A stretch of DNA of 64,000 bases from Verrucomicrobiota bacterium (GTDB taxonomy: Bacteria; Verrucomicrobiota; Verrucomicrobiia; Verrucomicrobiales; DEV007): contig JASFYY010000022.1 of NCBI GenBank assembly GCA_045046875.1, positions 1-64,000 on the forward strand. Direction: 5' to 3'. Below the pieces are notes generated by a model. It did no database searches. It was not told where the DNA came from and worked only from the letters and a program-made list of their open reading frames with translations. Each line of letters opens with the position of its first letter. Positions within the stretch are counted from its first letter, which is position 1. This document shows positions 28,136 to 38,605 of this stretch, one piece after another. The position numbers were made by a program, and so were the translations under genes.

Positions 28136-28173
28136 GCCCCTGTAAAATAGCCTTTGCCAACCCACCTAAGTCC

Positions 28174-28557
28174 ATGCTCCATATCCTTGATTCTTCAGCG
28201 TGGTTGGAATGCCTCGACAACGGCCCCAACACGTGTCACTTCGAACCCATTTTACTCCAATTGCCCTCCTTGCTCGTCCCCAGCATCATACTTACAGAAG
28301 TGCGCAAAGTTGTGCTATCACAACGAACACAGGAACAAGCAGAAAGTGTCACCCGCAGCATACGTTCGGCTCAAATCATCCCCATCGACGCCCAAATTGC
28401 CAGCTCTGCCGCCGACCTATTCATCCAATACGGACTCCCACTCGCCGACTCCATCATCTACGCGGTCACCCTCTCTCACAATGCCACCCTTTGGACACAG
28501 GATGCTGATTTCAAAAACCTGCCTCACGTTAACTATTTCCCAAAACGTAAAACCTAA
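28174..28557 (+). CDS. vapC: VapC/PIN-domain toxin
   Basis: ILDSSAWLE, ILTEV, LPLADSIIYA, LWTQDADF. Confidence 0.88.
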   Translation: MLHILDSSAWLECLDNGPNTCHFEPILLQLPSLLVPSIILTEVRKVVLSQRTQEQAESVTRSIRSAQIIPIDAQIASSAADLFIQYGLPLADSIIYAVTLSHNATLWTQDADFKNLPHVNYFPKRKT

Positions 28558-28630
28558 GGGCCCATCCACCATGTTGATTGCTCCCCACAAGCTGACACGA
28601 CTGTTTCACATTCTCGCCCAGTCTTATCCT

Positions 28631-28704
28631 ATTCGTGTTTATTAGCGTTCATTTGCCTTCGGGGTAGCTTCCTCCGGCTGTCTCCTTTCAGTCGGCTGTG
28701 GTTC
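28631..28704. repeat. 31-bp dispersed repeat (ATTCGTGT...CATT.GTGGTTC) interrupted by a 43-bp insert (28656-28698)
   Basis: Removing the insert gives 26/31 identity to 32947-32977; third copy inverted at 52988-53018. Confidence 0.7.
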
Positions 28705-28828
28705 AAAATCCCATTTGCTCCTGCCCGCTTTCGCCTTAAGATTACTACCCTGCTGCTCGATGATTTTTTGATCAAAAGGCAGATTGCTGAAACCTCAATT
28801 CAAACTAAACAACAACCCATATCATACC

Positions 28829-29443
28829 ATGGCACACACATTACCTGAACTCCCCTACGCGCACGACGCACTGGAACCCACCATCGACACCCGGACAATG
28901 GAGATCCACCACGGCAAACATCACGCTGCTTATGTCGCTAATCTCAACAAAGCACTCGAAGGCAACGCCGAGCTGGAAGCCAAATCTATCTGCGACTTGG
29001 TCAGAGACCTCGACGCTGTGCCAGAGAATATCCGTGGTGCGGTGCGCAACAACGGTGGAGGACACTGGAACCACTCCTTTTTCTGGACCATCATGGGACC
29101 CAACGCCGGCGGAGCTCCTTCAGGCGACCTCGCCGCAGCCATCGACAGCGCTTTTGGCAGCTTCGACGGACTCAAAGAAAAATTCGCCACTGCCGGCATG
29201 ACCCGCTTTGGCTCAGGCTGGGCATGGCTCAGTGTGAAAGACGGCGCATTGGTCGTCTCATCCAGCCCTAATCAGGACAATCCCTTGATGGACGGATCAG
29301 GCACACCAGTCCTCGGAGTTGATGTGTGGGAACACGCTTATTACCTCAACTACCAGAACCGCCGTCCCGACTACCTCGGAGCCTTCTGGAACGTGGTCAA
29401 CTGGGATGCCGTTGCCGAACGCTTTGCCGCAGCCACTGCCTAA
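28829..29443 (+). CDS. sodA: Superoxide dismutase, Mn-type signature
   Basis: [38 protein letters not shown]. Confidence 0.93.
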   Translation: MAHTLPELPYAHDALEPTIDTRTMEIHHGKHHAAYVANLNKALEGNAELEAKSICDLVRDLDAVPENIRGAVRNNGGGHWNHSFFWTIMGPNAGGAPSGDLAAAIDSAFGSFDGLKEKFATAGMTRFGSGWAWLSVKDGALVVSSSPNQDNPLMDGSGTPVLGVDVWEHAYYLNYQNRRPDYLGAFWNVVNWDAVAERFAAATA

Positions 29444-29501
29444 AAAGCAGTTAAATACGATAGACCGATCTACTTGATCTCTATCAAAAGCGATTGAATA
29501 T

Positions 29502-29539
29502 AAAGGCGCGCTCCGCATCATGCGGAACGCGCCTTTTTT
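29502..29539 (+). terminator. Intrinsic terminator after sodA
   Basis: AAAGGCGCGcTCCGCA-TCA-TGCGGAaCGCGCCTTTTTT. Confidence 0.8.
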
Positions 29540-29821
29540 CATGCCATTATTATGTCCTACCGCCTAAACACCTACCGCCTTCACGCCGCCACCTCCTACA
29601 GGCCAAGGCACTATTTCCTGCATTTAAGCCTTTCGGCTTGCCCTTCCTCTCATCGTCTCGTATGATTGTGTCGGAAATGTAACACTGCCTTGATTTCTGT
29701 AAGGCATCTGTTTTTCAGGGTATCGTCCCTGAATGGAGGAAAGTTTATTGAGCTGCGGTCGTCGTGGTATTTTTTACCACACAAAACTGGGGCCGCCCCC
29801 TTGGACTCAGGACAATATAAT

Positions 29822-30742
29822 ATGAATAAAAACGCACTTCCTCGACTTGCTCCCACCAAAGCACGCGCCCCCCTCCCGATCACCCCTAATTCTGTTACCC
29901 CAGCTTCTCAAGCCCCGCAAGATCAGCCACTTCGTTTTCACATAGGGACTCAAAAAACCAAAATCACTTGTGCGCTGCTGTTGGCTGCTGGCACCGGATC
30001 CCGCCTTCAGCCCTTAACCACGGCCGCCCCCAAATGCCTCACTGAAATCAATGGCGTGTCCATCCTGAAACGGCTGATCGGTAATTTGCGTGATCAGGGA
30101 TTCAAACGTTTGATCGTGGTGATCGGACACTTGAGCGACCAGATCGAGGAAGCCCTTCAGCTCTACGCTGGGGACATGAAGATTGATTACGTCTTCAATC
30201 CCGTCTATCGCAGCACCAACAATCTTTACTCCCTGTGGCTGGCTCGCGAGGTGATCGATGAACCCTTTTTACTGGTGGAAAGTGATCTTATTTTTGAAAC
30301 CCAACTGCTAGACCGCATGCTCTACCCTGATAAAATGGCGGTCTCCAAAATGCTACCTTGGATGAACGGCACCACCGTCGAGCTCGATTCAAGTCAGCAA
30401 GTCACCGCTTTTCGCATGGACGATGACGCCCATCTCGAAGCCCACCAGTACAAGACTGTTAATGTCTATAGCTTGTCCCTTGCTTCGTGGAAAAAAGTCG
30501 AAGCCCGATTAAGTCGCTACGTAACCAATAAGGAATTGGGTGACTATTACGAAATCGTATTTGCCGAATTGATCGCCGACGGCACACTTTCTTTCGAAGC
30601 CGTCTTTTTCGAAGCTGACCTATGGTACGAAGTTGATACCGGAAAGGATCTGCTCGCCGCCGAAATTTTGTTCGCCAATACCCCCTCCATTCCCCACCGC
30701 TCAGCAAGCGACGCCGCATTGAATCAATTGTTACCTAGGTAA
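29822..30742 (+). CDS. Phosphocholine cytidylyltransferase-like (LicC family) NTP transferase
   Basis: LLAAGTGSRLQPLT..PKCL, FNPVYRSTNNLYSLWLA, LLVESDLIF, WYEVDT..DL; start uncertain. Confidence 0.8.
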   Translation: MNKNALPRLAPTKARAPLPITPNSVTPASQAPQDQPLRFHIGTQKTKITCALLLAAGTGSRLQPLTTAAPKCLTEINGVSILKRLIGNLRDQGFKRLIVVIGHLSDQIEEALQLYAGDMKIDYVFNPVYRSTNNLYSLWLAREVIDEPFLLVESDLIFETQLLDRMLYPDKMAVSKMLPWMNGTTVELDSSQQVTAFRMDDDAHLEAHQYKTVNVYSLSLASWKKVEARLSRYVTNKELGDYYEIVFAELIADGTLSFEAVFFEADLWYEVDTGKDLLAAEILFANTPSIPHRSASDAALNQLLPR

Positions 30743-30759
30743 AAAAACCAGACAGTTAC

Positions 30760-31443
30760 ATGGAGAAAGCCCAGGGAAACTTTGTCTATCGAAATCTGGC
30801 GAATGCCGCATCGATCTTCGGCGTATTGCCGATTGGCTTGCTGTTCCTAGACGGAGGTTATGTTTATCTAATTCCCTTTCTGGTTTTCAACAATTTTATG
30901 GACGACCTCGATGGCGTGCTGGCGAGGAAGTTGAAAATTGGTAGCCTACTGGGAGCCCACCTCGACAATGTCTGCGACACCGTTGTCCATGTAAGCTTAG
31001 TCCTGATAGTCAGCGCTCATTATGGAATAGGGATGTTGCTCATCGGCATGATCCCTGCGACCGCCATCATTATCCGTCTAACAGGTCGCTTAAACCCTGA
31101 CGAAGTATCAGGCAATGGCACTCCGACCAACGAACTTATGCGCCACATGATCTTCGTTCTGCTGCTGGCAGGATTGTATGAAGTGGATCCCCAGCCTTAT
31201 CTGGTGCTGATATTTATTTTCCACACCGTGACGATGTTGGTGCCATTCAAATTCACCTTCCTCATCCGGGGACGCGCAAACAGCGCCACAGCCATTGCTC
31301 TGGTCAACGTCGTATTGATAGCGGCATGTCTCGTGCCAAAACTTGCCCCATTGATCGCAGCACCCTTCTTCGTCACTTACCTTTATTCATTTGCCCTTGG
31401 CGGAACACAGTATTTAAAAGAGCGGAATCACCAGCGAAATTGA
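30760..31443 (+). CDS. CDP-alcohol phosphatidyltransferase family protein
   Basis: DDLDGVLAR......S.LGAHLDNVCD signature; multiple TM segments. Confidence 0.85.
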   Translation: MEKAQGNFVYRNLANAASIFGVLPIGLLFLDGGYVYLIPFLVFNNFMDDLDGVLARKLKIGSLLGAHLDNVCDTVVHVSLVLIVSAHYGIGMLLIGMIPATAIIIRLTGRLNPDEVSGNGTPTNELMRHMIFVLLLAGLYEVDPQPYLVLIFIFHTVTMLVPFKFTFLIRGRANSATAIALVNVVLIAACLVPKLAPLIAAPFFVTYLYSFALGGTQYLKERNHQRN

Positions 31444-31593
31444 TCGCCGCCGTTGCTGAGTAACTTTACCGCAGCGATTACTTGATCTACGAGAAAATCG
31501 ACTGACTATAAAGGCGCTCCGTAACCCACAGAGCACGCCTTTTCCCATGCTCACCCTAAAGCCTACAGCCTTACTACCTACAGCCTTCTTCCC

Positions 31594-32838
31594 ATGCCAC
31601 AAATCAATCACAACTACCTGAAACTCAAAGCCGGCTACCTTTTTCCTGAAATCGGCCGCCGTGTCACGGCTTTCACTGAAGCCAATCCCGAAGCCGCCAA
31701 AACCCTGATTCGTTGTGGCATCGGTGACGTAACCGAACCGCTACCAGAAGCCTGCCGCGAAGCCATGCATGCCGCCATCGATGACTTGGGAAGCCACAAG
31801 GATTTCCACGGTTACGGTCCAGAACAAGGCTACGCTTTTTTGCGCGAAGCCATCGCTGACAACCAATTCCAAGGAATCGACATCAGTGCCGATGAGATCT
31901 TTATTTCCGACGGAGCCAAATGTGATACTGGCAACATTCTTGATATCTTTGGAGCAGGCAACCGCATCGTCATCACCGATCCCGTCTATCCCGTTTATGT
32001 CGATACCAATGTGATGGCCGGCAATACAGGGGATTCCGATGAAGCCGGCAATTACGACGGCCTTCTCTATCTGCCTTGCACCGCAGAGAATAATTTTGTG
32101 CCAGCTATCCCAAACGAAGAAAAAGTCGATCTGATCTATCTTTGTTACCCCAACAATCCTACCGGCACAACGATCAGCCGGGAACAACTCGCCGCCTGGG
32201 TGGCTTTTGCCAAAGAGAACGACGCCATCATCCTCTACGACGCCGCCTACGAAGCATTCATCCGCGAAGACGACGTACCTCATTCCATTTTCGAAATCGA
32301 CGGCGCGCGTGACTGTGCCATCGAATTCCGTTCCTTTTCAAAAAATGCTGGTTTCACAGGGGTGCGTTGCGCCTACACTATTATCCCAAAAAGCCTGATG
32401 GGCAAAACCAGCGACGGCAAAGAGCAAGCGATCCACCCTTTGTGGTCGAGACGCCAAAGCACCAAATTTAATGGAGCCAGCTACCCCATCCAACGCGGAG
32501 CCGAAGCGGTGTTTAGCGATGCGGGCAAGCAGCAGGTCAAAAATCTAGTCGACCACTACATGAGCAATGCTGACCTCATCCGCGAGACCTGCGTGACTGC
32601 CGGACTCACCGTATACGGCGGAATCAACTCACCTTACGTGTGGGTCGCCTGTCCTGACGGGGTCGATTCGTGGGGCATGTTCGACAGAATGCTCAACGAG
32701 CTCAACGTAGTCGTCACCCCCGGATCCGGCTTTGGCGCCGCCGGCGAAGGTTACTTCCGCATCTCGGCCTTCAACTCGAAAGATAACGTCGAAGAAGTCT
32801 GCCGCCGCATCAGCGAAAACCTGAGCCAAGCAAACTAA
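31594..32838 (+). CDS. dapL: LL-diaminopimelate aminotransferase
   Basis: [52 protein letters not shown]. Confidence 0.95.
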   Translation: MPQINHNYLKLKAGYLFPEIGRRVTAFTEANPEAAKTLIRCGIGDVTEPLPEACREAMHAAIDDLGSHKDFHGYGPEQGYAFLREAIADNQFQGIDISADEIFISDGAKCDTGNILDIFGAGNRIVITDPVYPVYVDTNVMAGNTGDSDEAGNYDGLLYLPCTAENNFVPAIPNEEKVDLIYLCYPNNPTGTTISREQLAAWVAFAKENDAIILYDAAYEAFIREDDVPHSIFEIDGARDCAIEFRSFSKNAGFTGVRCAYTIIPKSLMGKTSDGKEQAIHPLWSRRQSTKFNGASYPIQRGAEAVFSDAGKQQVKNLVDHYMSNADLIRETCVTAGLTVYGGINSPYVWVACPDGVDSWGMFDRMLNELNVVVTPGSGFGAAGEGYFRISAFNSKDNVEEVCRRISENLSQAN

Positions 32839-32856
32839 AGGCCTGTTTTTACTACC

Positions 32857-32887
32857 GGCAAACCCGCAGGGAAGCGGGTTTGCCTAC
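32857..32887 (-). repeat. GTAG-type REP-like palindrome, possible terminator after dapL
   Basis: Minus strand GTA-GGCAAACCCGC-TTCCCT-GCGGGTTTGCC. Confidence 0.6.
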
Positions 32888-32946
32888 CCGCCTTGCCAGC
32901 CCAAGATTTCGGCTGATTGAAAAGTCCCCCCCTATACCTCTCCCCC

Positions 32947-32977
32947 ATTCGTGTTCCTTAGTGTCCATTCGTGGTTC
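32947..32977 (+). repeat. Uninterrupted copy of the 31-bp dispersed repeat
   Basis: ATTCGTGTTCCTTAGTGTCCATTCGTGGTTC. Confidence 0.65.
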
Positions 32978-33059
32978 CCCATTCTTCCCCCTTACCCATA
33001 TTCATAGCGTCATCACGTAGCTTGTTAAAACGCCGTCCATCCATTTCAATCATCACTAT

Positions 33060-34562
33060 ATGAAAATCTCGAATTTTTGCTTTTTCGCCCTGCTGCTCTT
33101 ATCGGCAGTATTCTATCTCGCCCCCGCACCTGCCACCGCACAGAACCCAAAAAAACCCAACATCATCTTCATCCTGGCTGATGACCTGGGTTATGGCGAC
33201 ATTGGTTGTTTTGGCCAGAAGCTGATCAAAACCCCCAATCTCGACCGCATGGCCAAAGAAGGGCTCAAGCTCACCAACTTCTATGCCGGATCGACCGTCT
33301 GCGCCCCTTCACGATCCGTCCTGATGACCGGACAGCACACCGGACGCACGTGGGTGCGCGGCAACGCTGGACGTAAAGGCATGCAAGCACAAACCCTGCG
33401 CGATCAGGATGTCACCGTCGCCGAAGTCCTGAAAGGCGCCGGATACAAAACCGCGCTGATTGGCAAATGGGGGCTCGGCGAACTGAACTCATCAGGCCAT
33501 CCCAACAAACAGGGCTTTGATTACTTTTTTGGTTACCTCAACCAACGTCACGCCCACAACCACTACCCTGAATTTCTGATCCGCAACTCGGAGATCGTCA
33601 AGCTGCGCAACATCACCGATCCGGCTTACACCGCTTTGCGTAAGGAAAAAGGCCTGCCCGACGACGGTGCCGGTTGGGCCACCCCCGAAGGTCGCATTGA
33701 CTACGCCCACGGACTTTTTGCCCAGGAAGCCCTGGACTACATCGGCAAAGCAAAAAACGACGAACCTTTCTTTTTATATCTCGCATTCAACGTGCCACAC
33801 GCCAACAACGAAGGCACTCGTGGCACAGGCAACGGTCAGGACGTACCTGACCACGGCATTTATTCCGACAAAGACTGGCCGGATCCAGACAAAGGGCAGG
33901 CAGCCATGATCACTCTGATGGATCGCGACATCGGCCGCATCGTCACCCTCTTGGAGCAGAAAAAAATCGCTGACAATACCCTGGTGATCTTCACCTCCGA
34001 CAACGGCCCGCACAAAGAAGGCGGCAATCACCCTGAGTTTTTCCAAGCCAGTGGCCCCTTGCGCGGCATCAAGCGCGCGCTCTACGAAGGCGGCACCCGC
34101 GTCCCTACCATCGCTTGGTGGCCCGGCAAAATCGCCCCCGGCCGGATTTCCCAGCACCCCGCTTATTTTGGTGACTTCATGGCCACCGCCGCAGAGCTGT
34201 CCGGCGGCAAAGCCCCCGGCAACATTCAATCCATCAGCCTCGTGCCCACCCTCTTAGGCAAAAACGGTCAGCAGAAAAAACACCCCTACCTGTATTGGGA
34301 ATTCTACGAACAAGGCAGCAAACAAGCGGTGCAATTTGGCAAATGGAAAGCCATCCGCAAACCCATGTTAACTGGAAAAGTAGAGCTCTACGACCTCTCC
34401 AGTGACCTCGGCGAAAATAAAAACGTCGCCAACGAACATCCTAAAATCGTCAAGCAGGCGGTGAAATACATGAAAGAAGGTCACCACCCCGACCCCAAAT
34501 GGAAAATCCCCGCTCCCAAGAAGAAAAAAGGCAATAACAAAGGCAAACCCAACAAAAAATAA
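33060..34562 (+). CDS. Secreted Cys-type (formylglycine) sulfatase
   Basis: [46 protein letters not shown]. Confidence 0.95.
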   Translation: MKISNFCFFALLLLSAVFYLAPAPATAQNPKKPNIIFILADDLGYGDIGCFGQKLIKTPNLDRMAKEGLKLTNFYAGSTVCAPSRSVLMTGQHTGRTWVRGNAGRKGMQAQTLRDQDVTVAEVLKGAGYKTALIGKWGLGELNSSGHPNKQGFDYFFGYLNQRHAHNHYPEFLIRNSEIVKLRNITDPAYTALRKEKGLPDDGAGWATPEGRIDYAHGLFAQEALDYIGKAKNDEPFFLYLAFNVPHANNEGTRGTGNGQDVPDHGIYSDKDWPDPDKGQAAMITLMDRDIGRIVTLLEQKKIADNTLVIFTSDNGPHKEGGNHPEFFQASGPLRGIKRALYEGGTRVPTIAWWPGKIAPGRISQHPAYFGDFMATAAELSGGKAPGNIQSISLVPTLLGKNGQQKKHPYLYWEFYEQGSKQAVQFGKWKAIRKPMLTGKVELYDLSSDLGENKNVANEHPKIVKQAVKYMKEGHHPDPKWKIPAPKKKKGNNKGKPNKK

Positions 34563-34571
34563 ACCCCTATT

Positions 34572-34595
34572 GTAGGGCAAGCGCTCCGCTTGCCC
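34572..34595 (+). repeat. GTAG-type REP-like palindrome between convergent genes
   Basis: GTA-GGGCAAGCG-CTC-CGCTTGCCC. Confidence 0.6.
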
Positions 34596-34634
34596 ACGTC
34601 ACCTTATTCTGCCCGCCCGCTCTTCCCAACTGCG

Positions 34635-35039
34635 CTATTTTTTACCCAGCTCGATCACCTCTTCCCGCCCATCCACTTTGAGCTGCCAAGTGTCGTAGCT
34701 CCAAACTCCCCCAGCTTTAGTACCTTTGACGGTAATGGTTCCGCTGCCTTTTGGTCCTGACACCGGAATTGAGAAAGTCACGTTTCCACCGTCATTCTCA
34801 ACATTAATGCTGCCCGACAGCATGAACCCGGGTTTGATCGGTTCGCCCAAAGCTTCAATCGCCACCTGATTCGCCTGAACGGCAACGATGGAATCTTTGT
34901 AAGGAGCATTACTCTTCAGCGCTTTTCCTATACCCAAACCCACCACCACCATCCCTATCACTCCCACCACCACCAAGCTCAGGCAGCCACAACCAATATA
35001 TTTCAAAACAGGAGATTTTTTTTTGGCTTCTTGATTCAT
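34635..35039 (-). CDS. Coa1-like (cytochrome oxidase assembly factor family) membrane-anchored protein
   Basis: GCGCL TM anchor; EALGEPI..G...SGSIN...G......IPVSGPKGSG. Confidence 0.7.
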   Translation of the reverse strand: MNQEAKKKSPVLKYIGCGCLSLVVVGVIGMVVVGLGIGKALKSNAPYKDSIVAVQANQVAIEALGEPIKPGFMLSGSINVENDGGNVTFSIPVSGPKGSGTITVKGTKAGGVWSYDTWQLKVDGREEVIELGKK

Positions 35040-35088
35040 AGTTCGAACACTTTGCCATCGTCTTGTCCAACTAGGCAAGCTAAAAAAA

Positions 35089-35964
35089 CTACTCCCTCTC
35101 ACGCCACGACAGCAACCTCGGTGTGCCGTCGTCTTCCTCATTGGAATCCAAAAACCCCTGCTCCACTAAAAACCGATCCGCGGCGCTGATGGTTCCTTCA
35201 TAAGCCACCACATCGACATTCATATTATAAAAACTGTGGTCGTGGCCCTCGAAATCCACTAACTCGCAGACATTGCGCCGCCACTTCATCTTGCTGACAA
35301 ATTTTTTCACCCCACTGAACGGCACCATCCGGTCAGCCGTGCCATGAAACAAAATACACGGCGGCAGCTTTTTCTGCATGTGACGAATGGGACTCGCCTT
35401 GCGAGCCTCCGTGGCGTCCTTGAAATGATCCAAGCCATAACCCTTCTTTGAAATGTCCACAATAGGACTGAACAGGATCATCGCATTCGGCACGCAACTG
35501 AGCTGCACATCGGTCTCATCATCTGCAAAATCCTTGATCATTGCTGCGGTCAACACCAGGTGGGCACCTGCCATACCACCTGCTCCCACAATTTTAAACT
35601 CGTCGGCGCCAAAATGCTCCTTGTTGTAGCGCACCCAGCGAATCGCCGTTCGAGCATCAGCCATCGCTTCCATCGGCCCCGTACCGTGAGTAGAACTCAC
35701 CCGATACTCAATCAGCATGGTGATCGCCCCACGATCGGCAAAATACAAACAATGCGGGCCGAACTGGGTGACTTCCCCTTGATCCCAAGAGCTGCTATAA
35801 AAAAACATCACCACTGGGCGATCCGTTCCCTTCCTTTCCCCTTTGGGGTAATAAACGTGGGCGTGAAGATCCTGACCGCTCTCGATCTTCTTATAAACGA
35901 AACTCTCCGCTTGGGAGAGCAGTTCGTTTTGCCGGTCTACAACTGCGTTGATCGCCGGTCTCAT
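35089..35964 (-). CDS. Alpha/beta hydrolase (HSL/esterase-like) lacking the canonical nucleophile
   Basis: EYRV, DARTAIRWVR, GGMAGAHL (S to M), FHGTADRMVP, GHDHSF. Confidence 0.8.
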   Translation of the reverse strand: MRPAINAVVDRQNELLSQAESFVYKKIESGQDLHAHVYYPKGERKGTDRPVVMFFYSSSWDQGEVTQFGPHCLYFADRGAITMLIEYRVSSTHGTGPMEAMADARTAIRWVRYNKEHFGADEFKIVGAGGMAGAHLVLTAAMIKDFADDETDVQLSCVPNAMILFSPIVDISKKGYGLDHFKDATEARKASPIRHMQKKLPPCILFHGTADRMVPFSGVKKFVSKMKWRRNVCELVDFEGHDHSFYNMNVDVVAYEGTISAADRFLVEQGFLDSNEEDDGTPRLLSWRERE

Positions 35965-36121
35965 ATAATTTTCTGGAACAAAATAAGCAAAATTTAAAAA
36001 GGTCTATATCAATCAGATCAAAGCAAAATTCAAGCCAAGGGCGAAAGGTTTTCGTACTTCCTATATACTCTATTGAGCACAATGCAAAAAACTGTGCCAT
36101 GGTATCCAGACAACTCTGATC

Positions 36122-37006
36122 ATGAAGCCTCGAATCACACTCACTCTTCTTGCCCTCTGCTGCCTGCTGCCCAGACTAACTCCAGCCGCTGACGCAACCA
36201 GCAAATCCAGTCCCGAGCTGCAAGCCACTCTGGAGACCGCCTACGCTGCATGGCGCACGGCCATGATCAATAAAGATTACAAAAGCTGGCAAACAAGCAC
36301 GGCCGCTTACCGCCAAATGGATACCCGCAACCGTATCATCTCGCAGCGCTTGCGTTTCCCCGATGCCATGTTTGCCGTTCCTCTCCAAGCTCCCGCTCTA
36401 ACCCAACTCACCCTGCTGGATATTCTGGTCAAAGGCGACACCGCCAATGCTGTCTATTTTGGTAAAGCCGACTTCGGCCTTGGCGGCAATCAAGTTATCA
36501 GCGACAATTTCATGGTGCTCAAATATGTGCGTGAATCCAATCAGTGGAAATTCGACAACCTGCGCATCATCAAATTTGGCAACGACCCCGATCTGTTACT
36601 AAAAATTCGCAACGCTGATTTCTCTTTCCTGAAAAATCCCGCTTTCCAACCCATCGGTCTGGCTCCCCTCGTCGCCAAACCTGTCGCCCCCCCGGCTTAC
36701 TTAGCTGAGTTATGGATTGCAGCCAACGGCTTCGACGTCACCGTCAACGTCAATCGGGGCAACCACATAAGCCGGCTCAAAAATGATGACGGACGGGACC
36801 TGATCATCGGCGGACTGATAAAAGGAAAAAACACCATCAGCCTTTCCATCACTCCTGTGGACACTGAGAGCACCCTTCCCAAACGACTCGAAGTCGGCAT
36901 CTATGCCGCCGAATCTGCAGGCAAGCCCGCCAAACGTGTATTTCACTACGCCCCCGATCTCGCCAAGGTTCCATTGAACCATGCGGTGAGCATCATGGTG
37001 CGCTAG
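36122..37006 (+). CDS. Secreted hypothetical protein
   Basis: 294-aa ORF with signal peptide and genome-typical codon usage. Confidence 0.7.
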   Translation: MKPRITLTLLALCCLLPRLTPAADATSKSSPELQATLETAYAAWRTAMINKDYKSWQTSTAAYRQMDTRNRIISQRLRFPDAMFAVPLQAPALTQLTLLDILVKGDTANAVYFGKADFGLGGNQVISDNFMVLKYVRESNQWKFDNLRIIKFGNDPDLLLKIRNADFSFLKNPAFQPIGLAPLVAKPVAPPAYLAELWIAANGFDVTVNVNRGNHISRLKNDDGRDLIIGGLIKGKNTISLSITPVDTESTLPKRLEVGIYAAESAGKPAKRVFHYAPDLAKVPLNHAVSIMVR

Positions 37007-37013
37007 CCTCCCT

Positions 37014-37391
37014 TCAAAAACTCACATGTACCGATAAACTCCCACCGCCATGATGGTATCGGTGAATTGGGTAGGAATAGCTATGCGGCACATAATAATA
37101 AAAAGCCGGCGCATAGAGCGGGTAGCGATAGCCATAATCAATGCCACGACCGCGGCGCCCATAGTCCCTGCGTCCTCCAAAAACTGAATTTGATCTGCGC
37201 GGGCGGCGCTGATAAGAACGCCCCGGCTGGAAAACATAACCGCTAACGGTTTGCCCCTTGCTGTTTTTACCCAGCTCGCGAGTGACGATCTCGGCTTTAC
37301 CGGATAGCGGCAAAACCACGCACCCCACATACAGCAAACCCGCTAATAACAAGCCCCTGGCAATACGATTTTTTTCTTTCCCGCTGTCCAT
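37014..37391 (-). CDS. Small secreted Arg/Gly/Tyr-rich hypothetical protein
   Basis: Signal-like hydrophobic stretch followed by a low-complexity R/G/Y/H tail. Confidence 0.5.
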   Translation of the reverse strand: MDSGKEKNRIARGLLLAGLLYVGCVVLPLSGKAEIVTRELGKNSKGQTVSGYVFQPGRSYQRRPRRSNSVFGGRRDYGRRGRGIDYGYRYPLYAPAFYYYVPHSYSYPIHRYHHGGGSLSVHVSF

Positions 37392-37453
37392 AGCCGACAA
37401 TATACCATCCAAGCACCTCAATTGCAATCATCGCAGAAATGGCTAACCCTTGG

Positions 37454-37873
37454 TCACTCTCCCATCACCGTGACCGCAATCCGGCGAGTGTGTGGTGCGC
37501 GACGGTGTTCAAACAGAAACAAACCCTGCCACGTACCTAGAGCCAATTCCCCTTGCAGCACTGGGATATTTTTATCGACATCGGTCAGGCACATGCGGAT
37601 GTGAGACGGCATGTCATCGGGGCCTTCATAGGTGTGCACAAAGTAAGGGGTGTCTTCTGGCACCAAATGATCAAAAAAAGCATGCAAATCCGTACGCGCA
37701 GACGGATCTGCATTCTCCATGATCACCAAACTACAACTTGTATGACAGACAAAAACCGTCGCCACTCCATTTTCCACCCCGCTCTCATCAACCACCCGGG
37801 CAATCTCATCACTTATCTCATAAGTTCCTTTTCCACTGGTGGAAACAGAAAAACTATCGCTGAAAACTTTCAT
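37454..37873 (-). CDS. yjbQ: YjbQ/UPF0047 family protein
   Basis: HTSCSL...ENADP, HTYEGPDDMPSHIR, LGTWQGLFLFEHR. Confidence 0.9.
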   Translation of the reverse strand: MKVFSDSFSVSTSGKGTYEISDEIARVVDESGVENGVATVFVCHTSCSLVIMENADPSARTDLHAFFDHLVPEDTPYFVHTYEGPDDMPSHIRMCLTDVDKNIPVLQGELALGTWQGLFLFEHRRAPHTRRIAVTVMGE

Positions 37874-37916
37874 AATATCTGCAAGCAACCTCGCATCAAA
37901 ATTCTCCAACAACCGA

Positions 37917-38522
37917 CTAAAAACAACCCTTCTTCCCGCCGTCCAATACCCGTCCCTCTATTTCCCCGCGGTATTTCCCCACCCTGATCTTACGAGCGAT
38001 TTTTTTCTCCACCCGGTCAAGAGCCTCCCGCTCACTCTCCGCCGAACGTATCGTCGTGCTCTGCTTACCACACAGGTTACATATAAAACGAACCCCCAGC
38101 CCACTGTCCCCATCGGGAACCACTTTGGGCTTCATCACTTCCGCACACTTATCGCATTCGCACCACAAATTAATCACTTTGCCCTTCCACGAATAATCCC
38201 ACTGCCACTCTACCCAAAAAAAGGTGTCTATTCGGTACTGACGCCAAACCTCGCTTTTGCCAAAAAACTTGCGATACAAACATCGCCCGAACAGAAAAAC
38301 CAGGCCGAGTGTTCCCAGCAAGAGCAGATAAAAAACCACTAGCGGGGCGCTGAATGGTGACCACAGATGAGTCGCCACCACGCCATAAACATGCAAGCCA
38401 CCTTCCACCAGTTCATGACTACTCAATGCAGCAAGGAGGACACCCACTGCTACCAGTCCTACGACCAGCACCATGCCAAGAAATATCCAGGTACCACGCC
38501 CCTTGTTCTGCTCATTCGCCAT
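37917..38522 (-). CDS. Membrane protein with a putative Zn ribbon
   Basis: Two TM segments, then CDKC...CNLC. Confidence 0.55.
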   Translation of the reverse strand: MANEQNKGRGTWIFLGMVLVVGLVAVGVLLAALSSHELVEGGLHVYGVVATHLWSPFSAPLVVFYLLLLGTLGLVFLFGRCLYRKFFGKSEVWRQYRIDTFFWVEWQWDYSWKGKVINLWCECDKCAEVMKPKVVPDGDSGLGVRFICNLCGKQSTTIRSAESEREALDRVEKKIARKIRVGKYRGEIEGRVLDGGKKGCF

Positions 38523-38605
38523 AGTTTTTACTCTTTTTCAAATGAGTGTAACGCGCAAGTGATAAGCCTGGTATTTTCACCGTTTTTTGTAAATCTCTTA
38601 ACATA

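Larger units (their letters stand above)
29466..31588. repeat. ~115-bp degenerate direct repeats (29466-29582, 31475-31588) bracketing a two-gene lipid head-group cassette
   Basis: Collinear shared blocks TACTTGATCT, TATAAAGGCGC, CGCCTTTT..CATGC, CCTAC.GCCT x2. Confidence 0.75.
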
